Origin: a virus
Lineage: Duplodnaviria > Heunggongvirae > Uroviricota > Caudoviricetes
IMG/VR virus record: IMGVR_UViG_3300014204_000001
Coordinates: 74,011-138,010 of that record
DNA length: 64,000 nt
Direction: 5' to 3' (one strand)
Position numbers and translations under genes: made by a program. Shown here piece by piece: positions 51,309 to 60,790 of this stretch (the first letter of the stretch is position 1; the number at the start of each line of letters is the position of its first letter). The notes beneath the pieces are model-generated. The model saw nothing but the letters and a program-made list of their open reading frames with translations. It made no database searches and was not told the DNA's origin.

Positions 51309-52229
51309 TTACGCCATCGCGGTAAGGTCGAGCACCTGGAAGGACTGGCGATTGCCGATGCCGATGCCCGGCGCTGCGTAGGTCCAGAAGGTGATCAGGT
51401 CAGCCTCCTGCTTGATGTACAGGGTGGCATCCTGAAGCAGGAAGAAGTTGCCCAGGTAGTTTTCCGGGGCGTAGATGTAGACCTTCTTCGGATCGTGGAC
51501 ATGGGACTTGATGGTCGTGATGACCGGAATGCCCCAGAGCTTCTCCTCCTGCTCCACACCGTCCTCGTAGTGGCGAGAAGCCACATCATTGCCGACGACG
51601 GTAGCCGGGAGGTCGATAGCCTCGTAGTACAGCGACTTGGTCATGGTCATCTTGCCGATGGGGCGGCGTCGATTGACCATTGCCTGGAAACCCTTCTTAA
51701 ACACAGTGCTCGAGAAGGAGTTGTCCGCGGTAATCTGAGTAGGATTGGCCGCAGCGATCATGTCGATGGTCTGCTGCCACTTCAGATCTTCCTGGTCGGC
51801 CATGTCCTTGACCGCGTTGTCCGAGAGCATCTTCCTGATGTCGTTCTGGTACGTCATCAGTTGGAACTTGCTCTTGGTGAAGTGCTGCGACTCGGTCTTA
51901 CCGAAGTAGACCGAGTAGCGAGGGCCCTTGAACCAGGTCCGCGAGCCAGCACCCTGGAACTGGACGAAGGTGGCCACCGAGTTCGGCTCCTTCTCGATGA
52001 TCTTCTTCGGCTCGTCCGTGTTCTCGTCGCGGTCAATCTCGTCGTCGGTCAACAGCACCGGAGCGAGGATCTCACGAGCATACGACTCCTGGCGGACGTG
52101 TTCGCGGATGAACGCGCTACCTTCCGCCTGGGCTTCCTTGACTCGCCCGTCCTCGATCTTCTTAATGAAGTTCGCATTGACGAACTGAGCGCTGACCTGT
52201 TGCGTCTCGGTCTTGTACGACATGTTCAA
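51309..52229 (-). CDS. putative major capsid protein (306 aa; position-based)
   Basis: size and position downstream of scaffold-like gene; no motif verified. Confidence 0.35.
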   Translation of the reverse strand: MNMSYKTETQQVSAQFVNANFIKKIEDGRVKEAQAEGSAFIREHVRQESYAREILAPVLLTDDEIDRDENTDEPKKIIEKEPNSVATFVQFQGAGSRTWFKGPRYSVYFGKTESQHFTKSKFQLMTYQNDIRKMLSDNAVKDMADQEDLKWQQTIDMIAAANPTQITADNSFSSTVFKKGFQAMVNRRRPIGKMTMTKSLYYEAIDLPATVVGNDVASRHYEDGVEQEEKLWGIPVITTIKSHVHDPKKVYIYAPENYLGNFFLLQDATLYIKQEADLITFWTYAAPGIGIGNRQSFQVLDLTAMA

Positions 52230-52360
52230 GCTCCTTCAGAACGCGTTATCCTGATCATAGGACATTGCGGTTAGGGGAACAACGTGCCTCGTTTTTCAGT
52301 TCAGTCTTTCAGTGCTTCGCTGTTCCCCGCACCGACTGAGCAGGTTCGCTTAGCTACTTC

Positions 52361-52861
52361 TTAGACGCCGCAGCCCTGGGGAACGATGACCTGCACCACG
52401 TTACTGACCGTGTTACCGCCGTTCGGACCGACGAAGCCGAGGATCTGCTCGCCTTCGATTGCGAGGCGAATCTTACCCGCGTCGAAGGTGACCGGCAGGC
52501 CCGCAGTGAAGCCGCCAATGGCGCCATCGAACTGATCGGTCTCCATCGTGAAGCCACCATGCAGCACGGTGAGCTTCTTGACGAACGCGCCGGAATAGTC
52601 CGTGTCGCCATCAATGACCACGAAGGCCAGCTGGCGATTCAGCGCAACGGTGGTTGCGTCGGCAGCAGTGGTCGCAAGTGCGGCCTTACCATTCGCGGGA
52701 TTGATGGTGACGATGGCACCAGCAGGAATATCACCAGCGACCGGGGTACCATTGACACCCAGAGTCATACCGGTAGGAGATTCGAGGACCTGAGCCAACG
52801 CAGCGAGCGCGAGCGGATTGTCCACCGAGACGATGTCGAACTTCGAGTTCAGCAGAGACAT
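52361..52861 (-). CDS. hypothetical virion protein (166 aa)
   Basis: ORF track. Confidence 0.45.
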   Translation of the reverse strand: MSLLNSKFDIVSVDNPLALAALAQVLESPTGMTLGVNGTPVAGDIPAGAIVTINPANGKAALATTAADATTVALNRQLAFVVIDGDTDYSGAFVKKLTVLHGGFTMETDQFDGAIGGFTAGLPVTFDAGKIRLAIEGEQILGFVGPNGGNTVSNVVQVIVPQGCGV

Positions 52862-52892
52862 GATTTACCTCTCTTGTCGCCTCACGGCGCGC

Positions 52893-53258
52893 TTAGGAAT
52901 TAACGATGTAGTTGCCGAAGTTGTCCCAGGCGGCTTGTGCCCGCTCCTGCTTTGTCCTCGGCACCTGGCTTGCCGACTTGTCGCTGGAGTGACCCATGCT
53001 CTCCACGGCATTTTCGACCTTCTTATCGAGAAGGCATTGCACCGCGGCCAGGACGCCGTCATCAGACGACGCGAGCTTGTTGAGCAGGTCCTCAGGCAGA
53101 TCCTCCCCCGTGGCCTCAGCAAACTTCGCTGCGACATTGTGGGCCGCGCCCTCACGCTCCTTTTTGAGAGCCGCAGTCTTCTCGGCCTCATGCGCGTCAA
53201 GAGTCGCAGCTGCGGCCTCGAGGACTTCAGCAACCTTGAGCAGGAACTCAGCAGACAT
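52893..53258 (-). CDS. hypothetical helical protein (~121 aa)
   Basis: start MSAEFLLKVAEV with 8-nt overlap. Confidence 0.45.
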   Translation of the reverse strand: MSAEFLLKVAEVLEAAAATLDAHEAEKTAALKKEREGAAHNVAAKFAEATGEDLPEDLLNKLASSDDGVLAAVQCLLDKKVENAVESMGHSSDKSASQVPRTKQERAQAAWDNFGNYIVNS

Positions 53259-53400
53259 GATTACGCACCTTCTCGCGAAGCATGGCCAGGGCTGTGGCCG
53301 CCTTGATGGTTTGAGCGCACTTGACCATTGATTCGTGCTCAACCTTGGCCGCCGTTTCGCGGAGCTCGGCGGCAATCTTTCGAAGATTTTCAGACGCCAT
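53248..53400 (-). CDS. hypothetical small helical protein (~50 aa)
   Basis: MASENLRKIAAELRETAAK; start overlaps upstream stop. Confidence 0.35.
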   Translation of the reverse strand: MASENLRKIAAELRETAAKVEHESMVKCAQTIKAATALAMLREKVRNHVC

Positions 53401-53617
53401 AGTGCTCTCGAAACTTGTGGAGATCAGCGTAACTGATCTGGTTGTCCTTTGCAGCTTCACGAACATCTTCGGCAACCTTCAACATCTGCTGCCCAAGCTG
53501 CGTCTTGAGCTTATCGTTTCTGATATAGGATAGGTTCGCGGATTTCACCAACTCGTCATTCTCGATACGCTCGAGAAGTTCATCTGCGAGTTGGGCGATG
53601 GAATTCTTGCACGCCAT
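53390..53617 (-). CDS. hypothetical small protein (~75 aa)
   Basis: TGATG overlap start MACKNSIAQL. Confidence 0.45.
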   Translation of the reverse strand: MACKNSIAQLADELLERIENDELVKSANLSYIRNDKLKTQLGQQMLKVAEDVREAAKDNQISYADLHKFREHYGV

Positions 53618-53879
53618 CACAGACCTCCACGATGCAGGCTGTGCCCGAAGTTGAGGCCCTCGGTCCACGCCTGAACTTTGCCCGCATCTTCTTGGGCCTG
53701 GTGGTGCGAGCCAAGAGCATAACCACCTGTGCCCACCGTTGCCGCAGCAATAGCGGAAGCGACCAGTGGGTGCTCGCTAGCCGCGTTGATCAGTACCTGG
53801 CTGATGCGCCCTGGAAGGTGGGCCGCAGCAGTCTTGTACATCTCTGCGTAGGTAGCTCTGATCTCAGCGTCGTACATCG
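53617..53879 (-). CDS. hypothetical protein (~86 aa)
   Basis: GAGGT RBS then ATG 53879. Confidence 0.45.
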
Positions 53880-53884
53880 TGACC

Positions 53885-54472
53885 TCAGGCCGACTTGCGG
53901 GCGCCCTCAAGGACCTGTGCACAAACAGAGGCACCCTTCAGGAATTCAAGGGCGGCAGTCTTGTGGATGGCGACGACGGTGTCGTTGTAGCCAGCCACGT
54001 AGTTGTCCTCGGCCATCTTCTCGAGACCTGCTCGGTTGATGGGGTAGCCAGCGGTGCTGGCCTCCTTGATGATAGCCGGGTTCTCCGCGGCGAACTTGTC
54101 GAACTCAGGATCACCTGTGGCGATCTTCTCGATGGTAGGCAGCGCGGCGGCGGTCTTGCGCCACTCCTCGAGCCGCGCAACGACGGTGTCGGCGAAAGCG
54201 GCGCCCATAACCTGCGCCTGCTTCACCATGGCCTCGTTCTCGGTCTTGGCCATGTCCGCGGCGAGTTTCATGACGTCGTTGACCGGGTTAGCCACAGGTG
54301 CCTCAGCCGCAGTCTTCTGGGTGGAAGGGGCAGCAGCGAGAGCCTCGTTCATCGCATTGACGAGCGGGTTCGTCACCTCAGACTTGGCAGCAGGGGTGGA
54401 AGCGGCCGATGCCGTCTTCTCGGAAGGCTTCTGGGTCTCACGGAGTCCCTGAAGAATGCGGTCGATCTTCAT
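53885..54472 (-). CDS. putative scaffolding protein (195 aa, Ala-rich helical)
   Basis: composition and position between intein-containing gene and capsid-sized gene. Confidence 0.4.
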   Translation of the reverse strand: MKIDRILQGLRETQKPSEKTASAASTPAAKSEVTNPLVNAMNEALAAAPSTQKTAAEAPVANPVNDVMKLAADMAKTENEAMVKQAQVMGAAFADTVVARLEEWRKTAAALPTIEKIATGDPEFDKFAAENPAIIKEASTAGYPINRAGLEKMAEDNYVAGYNDTVVAIHKTAALEFLKGASVCAQVLEGARKSA

Positions 54473-54533
54473 TTGCGGTACCTCACAGGTTGATGGAAGT
54501 GTAGGTGAGTCCTGGGATTAAGACAAACAGCGT

Positions 54534-57500
54534 TTATGTCAGCAGAAGCGTGCCGAGCTTGGTGGCAGCAGCGTCGAAATCAACGTTCGGCAGTTCCACG
54601 GAGTCGGTGACAGGCTCGAGCACATCACCGAGGTACTCAGACAACTTTAGAGCATTAGCTCCAAGTCCGTAAAGGCTTAGTCCCCCAAGCGTAGCGAATG
54701 CTGGGTGGTCATGGGCATATTGCTCGAGCGTGTCTGCCAAGCGCTGCGTAGTCGATGCGTTCGGGTCACCCACGAACTCGCCATTTCGCAGCCGCGACTC
54801 GTAGTCATGACCTAGTCCTGCTATGAGACCAGCGGTTCCTAGTACGGGGAGGGCTGCGCGAGTCAGTTCGTTCGCAGTGCGAGTCATGCTGAGTTCAGTA
54901 GTCGCCGGAATGTTGACACCTTCCTCAGTGCCATACTGAGGCCCCCAGTCAGGGTTGAGCGTCTGTGATCCTAGCAGGGCCGCAGTGCCCGCAGCAACAG
55001 GGCGCAGTGCACCAGGGATGCCCGGAGCGAGGATCTTATAGCCACCAGCGAGCAATGCTGCGCCGCCCAGCGTCTTGGCCAGTTGTCTACGCGCGATCTC
55101 GTCGTGCGCCGCGATGGCTGCTCCGCGTGTGGTGGTGTAGCTTTGACCTGTAGATGGGTCGCGTACGTGGAAAGTATCGGTGAACGGTGCCTCTTCAGGT
55201 CGCAGCACCGGCGGGAGCAGCGCCCGCTGAAGGTAGTCGCCGAAGGTTGACCTCTTCTCGAGGTACTTCTCGGCCTTTCCTGCGATTTCCGGCTTGACGT
55301 TCTTGGCGTTGATGTCGAATAGGTGAGTCTGCATGACCTGATCGAGCAGCTGTGGGTGCTTGGCGAAGAGGTCAAATACCTGGCCCTGCATGGCGACGAG
55401 CGCGTCGAGCACCCCCTCATCCACCGAGGCGCCTGGGGCAAGCTTTGCCAACAGGAGCTTCACGAACTCGGGAGTAGTAAGGATGACGCCAGCTGCAGAG
55501 AGGGTGGACAACACCTCTGCTACCGGATGCTCGGCCAACGCGTTCAGCGTGGTGCTGTCCATCTGAGGCATACGCTGCAGCGCCGGCCGGATCGCCTGGT
55601 GATAACGCTGGATGTTGCGCTCCTCCGCCTCGCTGATCGGTGAGACTTTGTGGTCGAGCGGGATGCCACGCACGACCTTGTCAATGTCGGATACCTTTTG
55701 AATCGCCGCGCGCTTTTCCTCAACGGTGTCGAGGTAGGCACCGAGATCTGCAGAGGCGCGGACCTCGTAGGCTCCCTCGTGGGCGACTTTCTTTAGCATA
55801 AAACCAGTCTGATCTGCGGGCTTAACTACCCAGGAGATGTCGAACCATCGCGGGGATGGATTAAGTGCACCGTAACGGAGGCCTTTTTTGCCGACCTGAC
55901 GGAGATTGTACTTGAGGTGATCGCAGTACTGCGCGCGTGTCGGCGCTCTATGCCCACACTCAGTACAGACATCATACTTGATCCGGCAGTTGTGCACTGC
56001 TAGGTTGTGCAGCACATAACTGTTGTCATCGGCGACCTCAAAGTTGAAGACGAAGTCCGCGTACGGCTTGGTCTGGACCGACGCGATCTTGCTGACGGCG
56101 TACGTCGTTCCGCCAACCTCCCAGAAAAACCGATCACTCCGAATCGGGGCGCGCGAGCGCGCAAGTATGTGTCGTGAGGTGGTCAAGCGCCAAGCGTAAT
56201 CGTTGCCTACCCGCACCTGGTATTCGGTGGTGGGTTTGGTCACCAGACCTGATGGCTTGTGGTGAAGCGTGTGTACTGCGCCGAACATCTTGAGACGCAG
56301 TAGTGCGACTTGGAGTTGGTCGGCCAGCGCCTCGGAGGCTGTAGAGAAGTAGAGAGCGCCCTTGAACGCAAAGCCGTCTCCGTTGGCGTAGGCGCCGAGA
56401 AGCTCAGCTAGGATCTCCGGTTGTGCCCCGAGGACGCTGGCAGAGAGCAGTTTAGTACGGGCATGCTTGCCGCAGTGCTCTTCACAGAGGTCCACGAGAT
56501 GCGGCGCATTGACGTAGATGTACTTACCGTTGCGCTCGGGGCGGTCATCCTCCCAGACGGACCGTGCGCCAAGACGTGCGGCCAGCGTCTTGATCTCGGC
56601 GTGAGTGGCTGTCTCATGGAGACCTGTGCAGAAACAGACGCAACGTGTCGGGGCGTTGTTGTTGTTCGTCCAGGAGAACCCCTCGGCCAGATAGTACCCG
56701 AGGAAGCGCGCCTCGTCTCGGCTGAAGTTGCGTGATGGCTCGAATTGGGGGATCGGAGTAGCTAACCAATCACCCGCGTGGATCTCGTCAGTGCGAATCC
56801 ACTCGAATCGAGTGTTCGACGTATGCGCGCAATCCTCACAACCGCTGTAAGTAGCTTTCGACACGGGCGTGCACTGTGTTTGTCGTCGCCCCTGGTTGCA
56901 GGGGTTGCCACCACAGGACATCGACCCTGCGCGAATGGCCCAGAGGGGGTGCTCTCCTGTGAGTGTGAGCGGTTTGCGGTACCCCTTCACCCGAATAGTG
57001 AAGATCTCCCCGTCGTGGTGCCGCGTCATCGTCCCAGTGACCCGCTTGCGCAGGCCGCGGTGCGTAATGACCGTGTCGCCCTCACGAACTTCTGCGACAT
57101 CACGGTACCGACCGTCAGCCATCAGAACGTGTGCGCCACGAGGCGAACAACCCATCGAGACAGCGGGGTAGTCACCATCGGCGATGCGCTCTACAAGATC
57201 AGGGGCCAGGTCGTTCCTAACGCCGATCAGGAGCTCAACCCGGTGCATCGTCGGATTCCAGAATGACTTGAGAACGTCGCCACACGCCTTGGCAGGGTCC
57301 TTGTTCTGGTGGTGCCGGTAAACCTTCCCCATCGTCTCGAAGGTCTTGTAGTGGTTTTGGACGACGTCTGCCTGGCTAATCCAGCCATCGTCTGCTGTGC
57401 AACAGCCACACGTAGGCTTGAACCCGACCTTGTACGGCGACTCGTTAAAGCCATCGCCGTTTCGGTTCAGGTCATAGAACTCGTACGATCCCAGCGCTAA

Positions 57501-57680
57501 CACCAAGACGATGGTGTGCCCTGGCTTGGGCTCCACGCACTTGACGTAGTCGCCTGCCTCGCTGGCGGTCTTGGTGTTGCCTAACTCGCGTAGTGGGCGG
57601 CTATTGGCACCCCAGAGGAGTACCGGTCGCACGGTAGACTCCCCGCCAAGAGTGTCGTCTAGTTGGATTACCTTGCGCAA
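54534..57680 (-). CDS. intein-containing head-morphogenesis-region protein (1048 aa; extein ~660 aa of unknown function, possibly prohead protease or core protein by position)
   Basis: TTG start with GAGG RBS; intein residues ~178-564 (nt ~55989-57149): starts CSPRGAHVLMADG, two LAGLIDADG blocks (LGYYLAEGFS, LLGAYANGDGFAF), ends SYVLHNLAVHN followed by Cys. Confidence 0.6.
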   Translation of the reverse strand: MRKVIQLDDTLGGESTVRPVLLWGANSRPLRELGNTKTASEAGDYVKCVEPKPGHTIVLVLALGSYEFYDLNRNGDGFNESPYKVGFKPTCGCCTADDGWISQADVVQNHYKTFETMGKVYRHHQNKDPAKACGDVLKSFWNPTMHRVELLIGVRNDLAPDLVERIADGDYPAVSMGCSPRGAHVLMADGRYRDVAEVREGDTVITHRGLRKRVTGTMTRHHDGEIFTIRVKGYRKPLTLTGEHPLWAIRAGSMSCGGNPCNQGRRQTQCTPVSKATYSGCEDCAHTSNTRFEWIRTDEIHAGDWLATPIPQFEPSRNFSRDEARFLGYYLAEGFSWTNNNNAPTRCVCFCTGLHETATHAEIKTLAARLGARSVWEDDRPERNGKYIYVNAPHLVDLCEEHCGKHARTKLLSASVLGAQPEILAELLGAYANGDGFAFKGALYFSTASEALADQLQVALLRLKMFGAVHTLHHKPSGLVTKPTTEYQVRVGNDYAWRLTTSRHILARSRAPIRSDRFFWEVGGTTYAVSKIASVQTKPYADFVFNFEVADDNSYVLHNLAVHNCRIKYDVCTECGHRAPTRAQYCDHLKYNLRQVGKKGLRYGALNPSPRWFDISWVVKPADQTGFMLKKVAHEGAYEVRASADLGAYLDTVEEKRAAIQKVSDIDKVVRGIPLDHKVSPISEAEERNIQRYHQAIRPALQRMPQMDSTTLNALAEHPVAEVLSTLSAAGVILTTPEFVKLLLAKLAPGASVDEGVLDALVAMQGQVFDLFAKHPQLLDQVMQTHLFDINAKNVKPEIAGKAEKYLEKRSTFGDYLQRALLPPVLRPEEAPFTDTFHVRDPSTGQSYTTTRGAAIAAHDEIARRQLAKTLGGAALLAGGYKILAPGIPGALRPVAAGTAALLGSQTLNPDWGPQYGTEEGVNIPATTELSMTRTANELTRAALPVLGTAGLIAGLGHDYESRLRNGEFVGDPNASTTQRLADTLEQYAHDHPAFATLGGLSLYGLGANALKLSEYLGDVLEPVTDSVELPNVDFDAAATKLGTLLLT

Positions 57681-57696
57681 GACGCTGCCTCGTTCC

Positions 57697-58146
57697 TTAG
57701 TCCAGCAGGTGGCGCATCACGTCGACCATGTACTCCCGGCCGAGGAGCTGCGTCAAGCGAGCCTTTGCGAAGTCGTTGCCAGCGAGCTTTGTCAGCTGCT
57801 CGCTAAGCACCTCGTCAGCGTAAACAGCGCAGGCCAGCTTCTGCAGATTGGCGGCGACGTCATCGTTCGACGCGGCCAGCTTCTCTCCGGTAGCCGCGTG
57901 CGTATCGCGCAGGGAAAGCGCGAGTTTTACCATCGACGTCATGCTTGCTTCTTTACCCCGTAAATCGACTTGCGGAAACTGCTCCTGCGCCAACTTCAGC
58001 GCACAATTCACGATCCTGTCGCAGAGTTTGGCGCACTCATGTGTGCTGATTGCGGCGGCTTCGGCGTCGGCAATGGACGCGATTTTCTCGAGATCTGCGT
58101 CAGCCTTTAGCGCAGTCCAGAGCTCGACGTAAGCCGGGTTTATCAC
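57697..58146 (-). CDS. hypothetical helical protein (149 aa)
   Basis: ATGA overlap with upstream gene. Confidence 0.5.
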   Translation of the reverse strand: MINPAYVELWTALKADADLEKIASIADAEAAAISTHECAKLCDRIVNCALKLAQEQFPQVDLRGKEASMTSMVKLALSLRDTHAATGEKLAASNDDVAANLQKLACAVYADEVLSEQLTKLAGNDFAKARLTQLLGREYMVDVMRHLLD

Positions 58147-58349
58147 TGGAGCTCCTTCAGCGCGTTGAGTCCACCCCTGATCGCCTGCTGCTCAAGCATC
58201 GCTAGGGCAAGCTTCTCGCCAAGTACCTGGAAGACGGCGTGCTTGTCTTCGAAATCGACGCCATAGACAGCCCCAGCCACCTTGTGAAACGGGTGGGCCA
58301 GGAGAGCCTGCTTGATATCTTCGGGAATCTTGAAAGTCTTCTCGTCCAT
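58143..58349 (-). CDS. hypothetical small protein (68 aa)
   Basis: AAGGACTGAG RBS. Confidence 0.45.
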   Translation of the reverse strand: MDEKTFKIPEDIKQALLAHPFHKVAGAVYGVDFEDKHAVFQVLGEKLALAMLEQQAIRGGLNALKELQ

Positions 58350-58352
58350 GGC

Positions 58353-59273
58353 TCAGTCCTTGTGGCCGTGATAGCCAGAAAGAGACCGCTCGGTCTCGAT
58401 GAGATTCTTGATTGTGGCGTAGTTGACGCCCGAACCACCGAGGACAGCCTCGCGAAGAAAGGAGCGTGCCGCGTTGATATCGGTAGAGAGTTTCGGCGCG
58501 AAGCGCGTCATCGTACCGTAGGCCTCCATCACGATTTCGTGCCCGTGGGGATTGCGATTCACAGCATCAGAGATAACAGGGTCATTGCGCATCAACGTCT
58601 CGACCATCGCCAGCCGCTTTGGATTCGTGACCACAGCATCACGGATACCCCCAAGGAGTTTTCCTAGGCCGCTGAAGATGCCGTTGGCGACACCCATACC
58701 GACACCCTGGCTGATGCCGCCCGTGAAGCTGTCGATAGTCTTGGTACCGAGGTCTTGCGGGATGTTGTAGAACCTGCCCTTCACGCTACCGGACACACCA
58801 GGCCCGTTGAACGGGAGATCACCTTGACCCTGGAAAGCCTTCTTCTCGAGGAACTCATCCAGACTAGCGGTAATGACACGACTAGGATCTCGGTTCATGG
58901 CCATGAGCTCTTTCTCGAAGCCTTGCTGTGTCTCGTTAAACGCACCCCAAAGTATAGGCGCTACGGCGGCTGTTCCGACACCCAATCGCATGAGCCCAGG
59001 GTGCTTTCTGAAGTAGGTTCCGACATGACCCATAGCACGCAGTGCGCCATTGCCCGCGGGGGCCAAGATCTTGTTTGCGACGTTCCCTGCGGCGCTAAGG
59101 GCCTTTGGAATCATCTCGGCTGCGTTTTGGGCCCCTGAAAGAATGCTGCCGCCGCGACGAATGTTCCGCGCGACGCGCTGCGGAGCCTGGTGCGCCACGT
59201 CCTCGGGATTGTAAGGCCAGGCCACCTTCTTGAAGGCCTCCTTGACCCAGGCATCGAAAATTGGGTTGCTCAT
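58353..59273 (-). CDS. hypothetical virion-module protein (306 aa, Gly-rich)
   Basis: TAAGGAGCGAGG RBS. Confidence 0.55.
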   Translation of the reverse strand: MSNPIFDAWVKEAFKKVAWPYNPEDVAHQAPQRVARNIRRGGSILSGAQNAAEMIPKALSAAGNVANKILAPAGNGALRAMGHVGTYFRKHPGLMRLGVGTAAVAPILWGAFNETQQGFEKELMAMNRDPSRVITASLDEFLEKKAFQGQGDLPFNGPGVSGSVKGRFYNIPQDLGTKTIDSFTGGISQGVGMGVANGIFSGLGKLLGGIRDAVVTNPKRLAMVETLMRNDPVISDAVNRNPHGHEIVMEAYGTMTRFAPKLSTDINAARSFLREAVLGGSGVNYATIKNLIETERSLSGYHGHKD

Positions 59274-59283
59274 GCCTCGCTCC

Positions 59284-60084
59284 TTACACCAGCGACTTCA
59301 AGGTCTCGAGGCCGTTCCCGAACTTGACGTAAGCATGCCGAGCTTCGACAGCTTCCTTCAGAAGTGCCAGCTCCGCGGTGCCGTCGGTAACACGCCGATC
59401 CTGAAGCAAGGCAACCTTCTCGTTCGTTAGCGGGCTGTAGGTACCGCTCGAGCGCATATTCTCCCAGAGCTGCGTAAGCTCCGGCAGAACATCCTGCCCG
59501 AATTCCGCGTATGCGTCCTTCTCAAACTCCTCGAACTTGGGGCCGTATCCCGGGGCCCGGCGGAACACCTTTGCCAGTGCGGCGATCTTCTCTTCCCAGC
59601 GCCGTCCAGCAGAGAACCGTTCGATCTCGAAGTTCTCCGCGAGCTTGCGCCCTGCGATGAGGGCCAGATCGTGGCGCAGGGGGCGCTCCACGACAGGCTC
59701 GAACTCGCCAGCGGTCTTCTCGACGTCGAACACTCCGCCAAGGCGCTTCTCGCGCATGAGATCTGGGATCTCACTAGCTAGCTTGTCATTCTCGATGTTG
59801 GCCGATTGTGGCACGGTGTTGGCCTCCACGGCGAACTTGCGGATGATTTGCTCAGGGTCGCCAACGTCGAACTCGACCATCTTGTCGCCATCATTCTTCC
59901 GTTGGAAGACTTCCTGGAACGTGGCGACGTTGGATAGCCGCACCAACGTGCGGATCTCTTCCGGGTTAAGCGAATGATCCTGTGCCACCTTCATGGCGAG
60001 GTCATTGATACTCTTCTTCGATGTGACGTGTTGCGCCGCAATCTCCTTCGCGCGCGTCACGAACATAGACTCATCCCAGGACAT
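59284..60084 (-). CDS. hypothetical virion-module protein (266 aa)
   Basis: GAGGAG RBS. Confidence 0.55.
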   Translation of the reverse strand: MSWDESMFVTRAKEIAAQHVTSKKSINDLAMKVAQDHSLNPEEIRTLVRLSNVATFQEVFQRKNDGDKMVEFDVGDPEQIIRKFAVEANTVPQSANIENDKLASEIPDLMREKRLGGVFDVEKTAGEFEPVVERPLRHDLALIAGRKLAENFEIERFSAGRRWEEKIAALAKVFRRAPGYGPKFEEFEKDAYAEFGQDVLPELTQLWENMRSSGTYSPLTNEKVALLQDRRVTDGTAELALLKEAVEARHAYVKFGNGLETLKSLV

Positions 60085-60094
60085 CGGACTCTCC

Positions 60095-60787
60095 TCAGTG
60101 CAAGATCTCGGTCACAGGAACCGGAGCTTCGGCGATTTTCAGCGACTCATCTTTGGCTTCGAGAGCGATGCGGAGCTCGTCCACGGCGTTCTGTGCTGTA
60201 TGCGGGTCAATCTTCTCGAGGCTTTCAGCGTTTCGAATGGCAGTGGACCACCACTTCAAAGCCTCCTTGGCGACGTTGCTAGTCAAGGCGTTGCCTTTGT
60301 GGGCCATGCCGCGGAAATACGCATCGAGCATCGTTCTGCGGATGACGTGCCGCGTATCCAACTGACCGTTGCCGTTGCCATAAGCCCAGAGCAGGTAGTC
60401 CAAGCCTACCGTAACAGCAGCGCGCACGAGCTCTTTTCCATACGCCGAGCTCTCGTAGTGTGTGGCGTAGGTGATAAGCTCCAGCTTGTTTCGGAACACT
60501 GACACATCCATGAAGAGTTGCATGTAAGTTTCTAGGACGTGTGCAGGGATGTCCAGGGTGCTCGCGATGATATCGAGTGGGGTCCGTGCGAGCAGGAAGG
60601 CGTCGATGACGGGTCGGTGTTCCTCGTTCTCGTGCAGATCGGATGCGTAGGCAACAGCCTCAACGAGGCAAGGCTGCCCCGAGAGCCGCGCGAACAGCGC
60701 AACCTCGAGAGCGTCGGTCGGAGCGGGACTGCCGCTCGCGACCAACGCTTGCATGGCGAGAAACCGGTGATCGGGCGGTTCCAGCAC
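60095..60787 (-). CDS. hypothetical virion-module protein (230 aa)
   Basis: CAGGAG RBS then GTG. Confidence 0.5.
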   Translation of the reverse strand: MLEPPDHRFLAMQALVASGSPAPTDALEVALFARLSGQPCLVEAVAYASDLHENEEHRPVIDAFLLARTPLDIIASTLDIPAHVLETYMQLFMDVSVFRNKLELITYATHYESSAYGKELVRAAVTVGLDYLLWAYGNGNGQLDTRHVIRRTMLDAYFRGMAHKGNALTSNVAKEALKWWSTAIRNAESLEKIDPHTAQNAVDELRIALEAKDESLKIAEAPVPVTEILH

Positions 60788-60790
60788 TAG

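Noticed and set aside
50503-51381. 292-aa plus-strand ORF
   Set aside because: It is antisense to the Ala-rich virion gene. Composition is biased to Arg/Gly.
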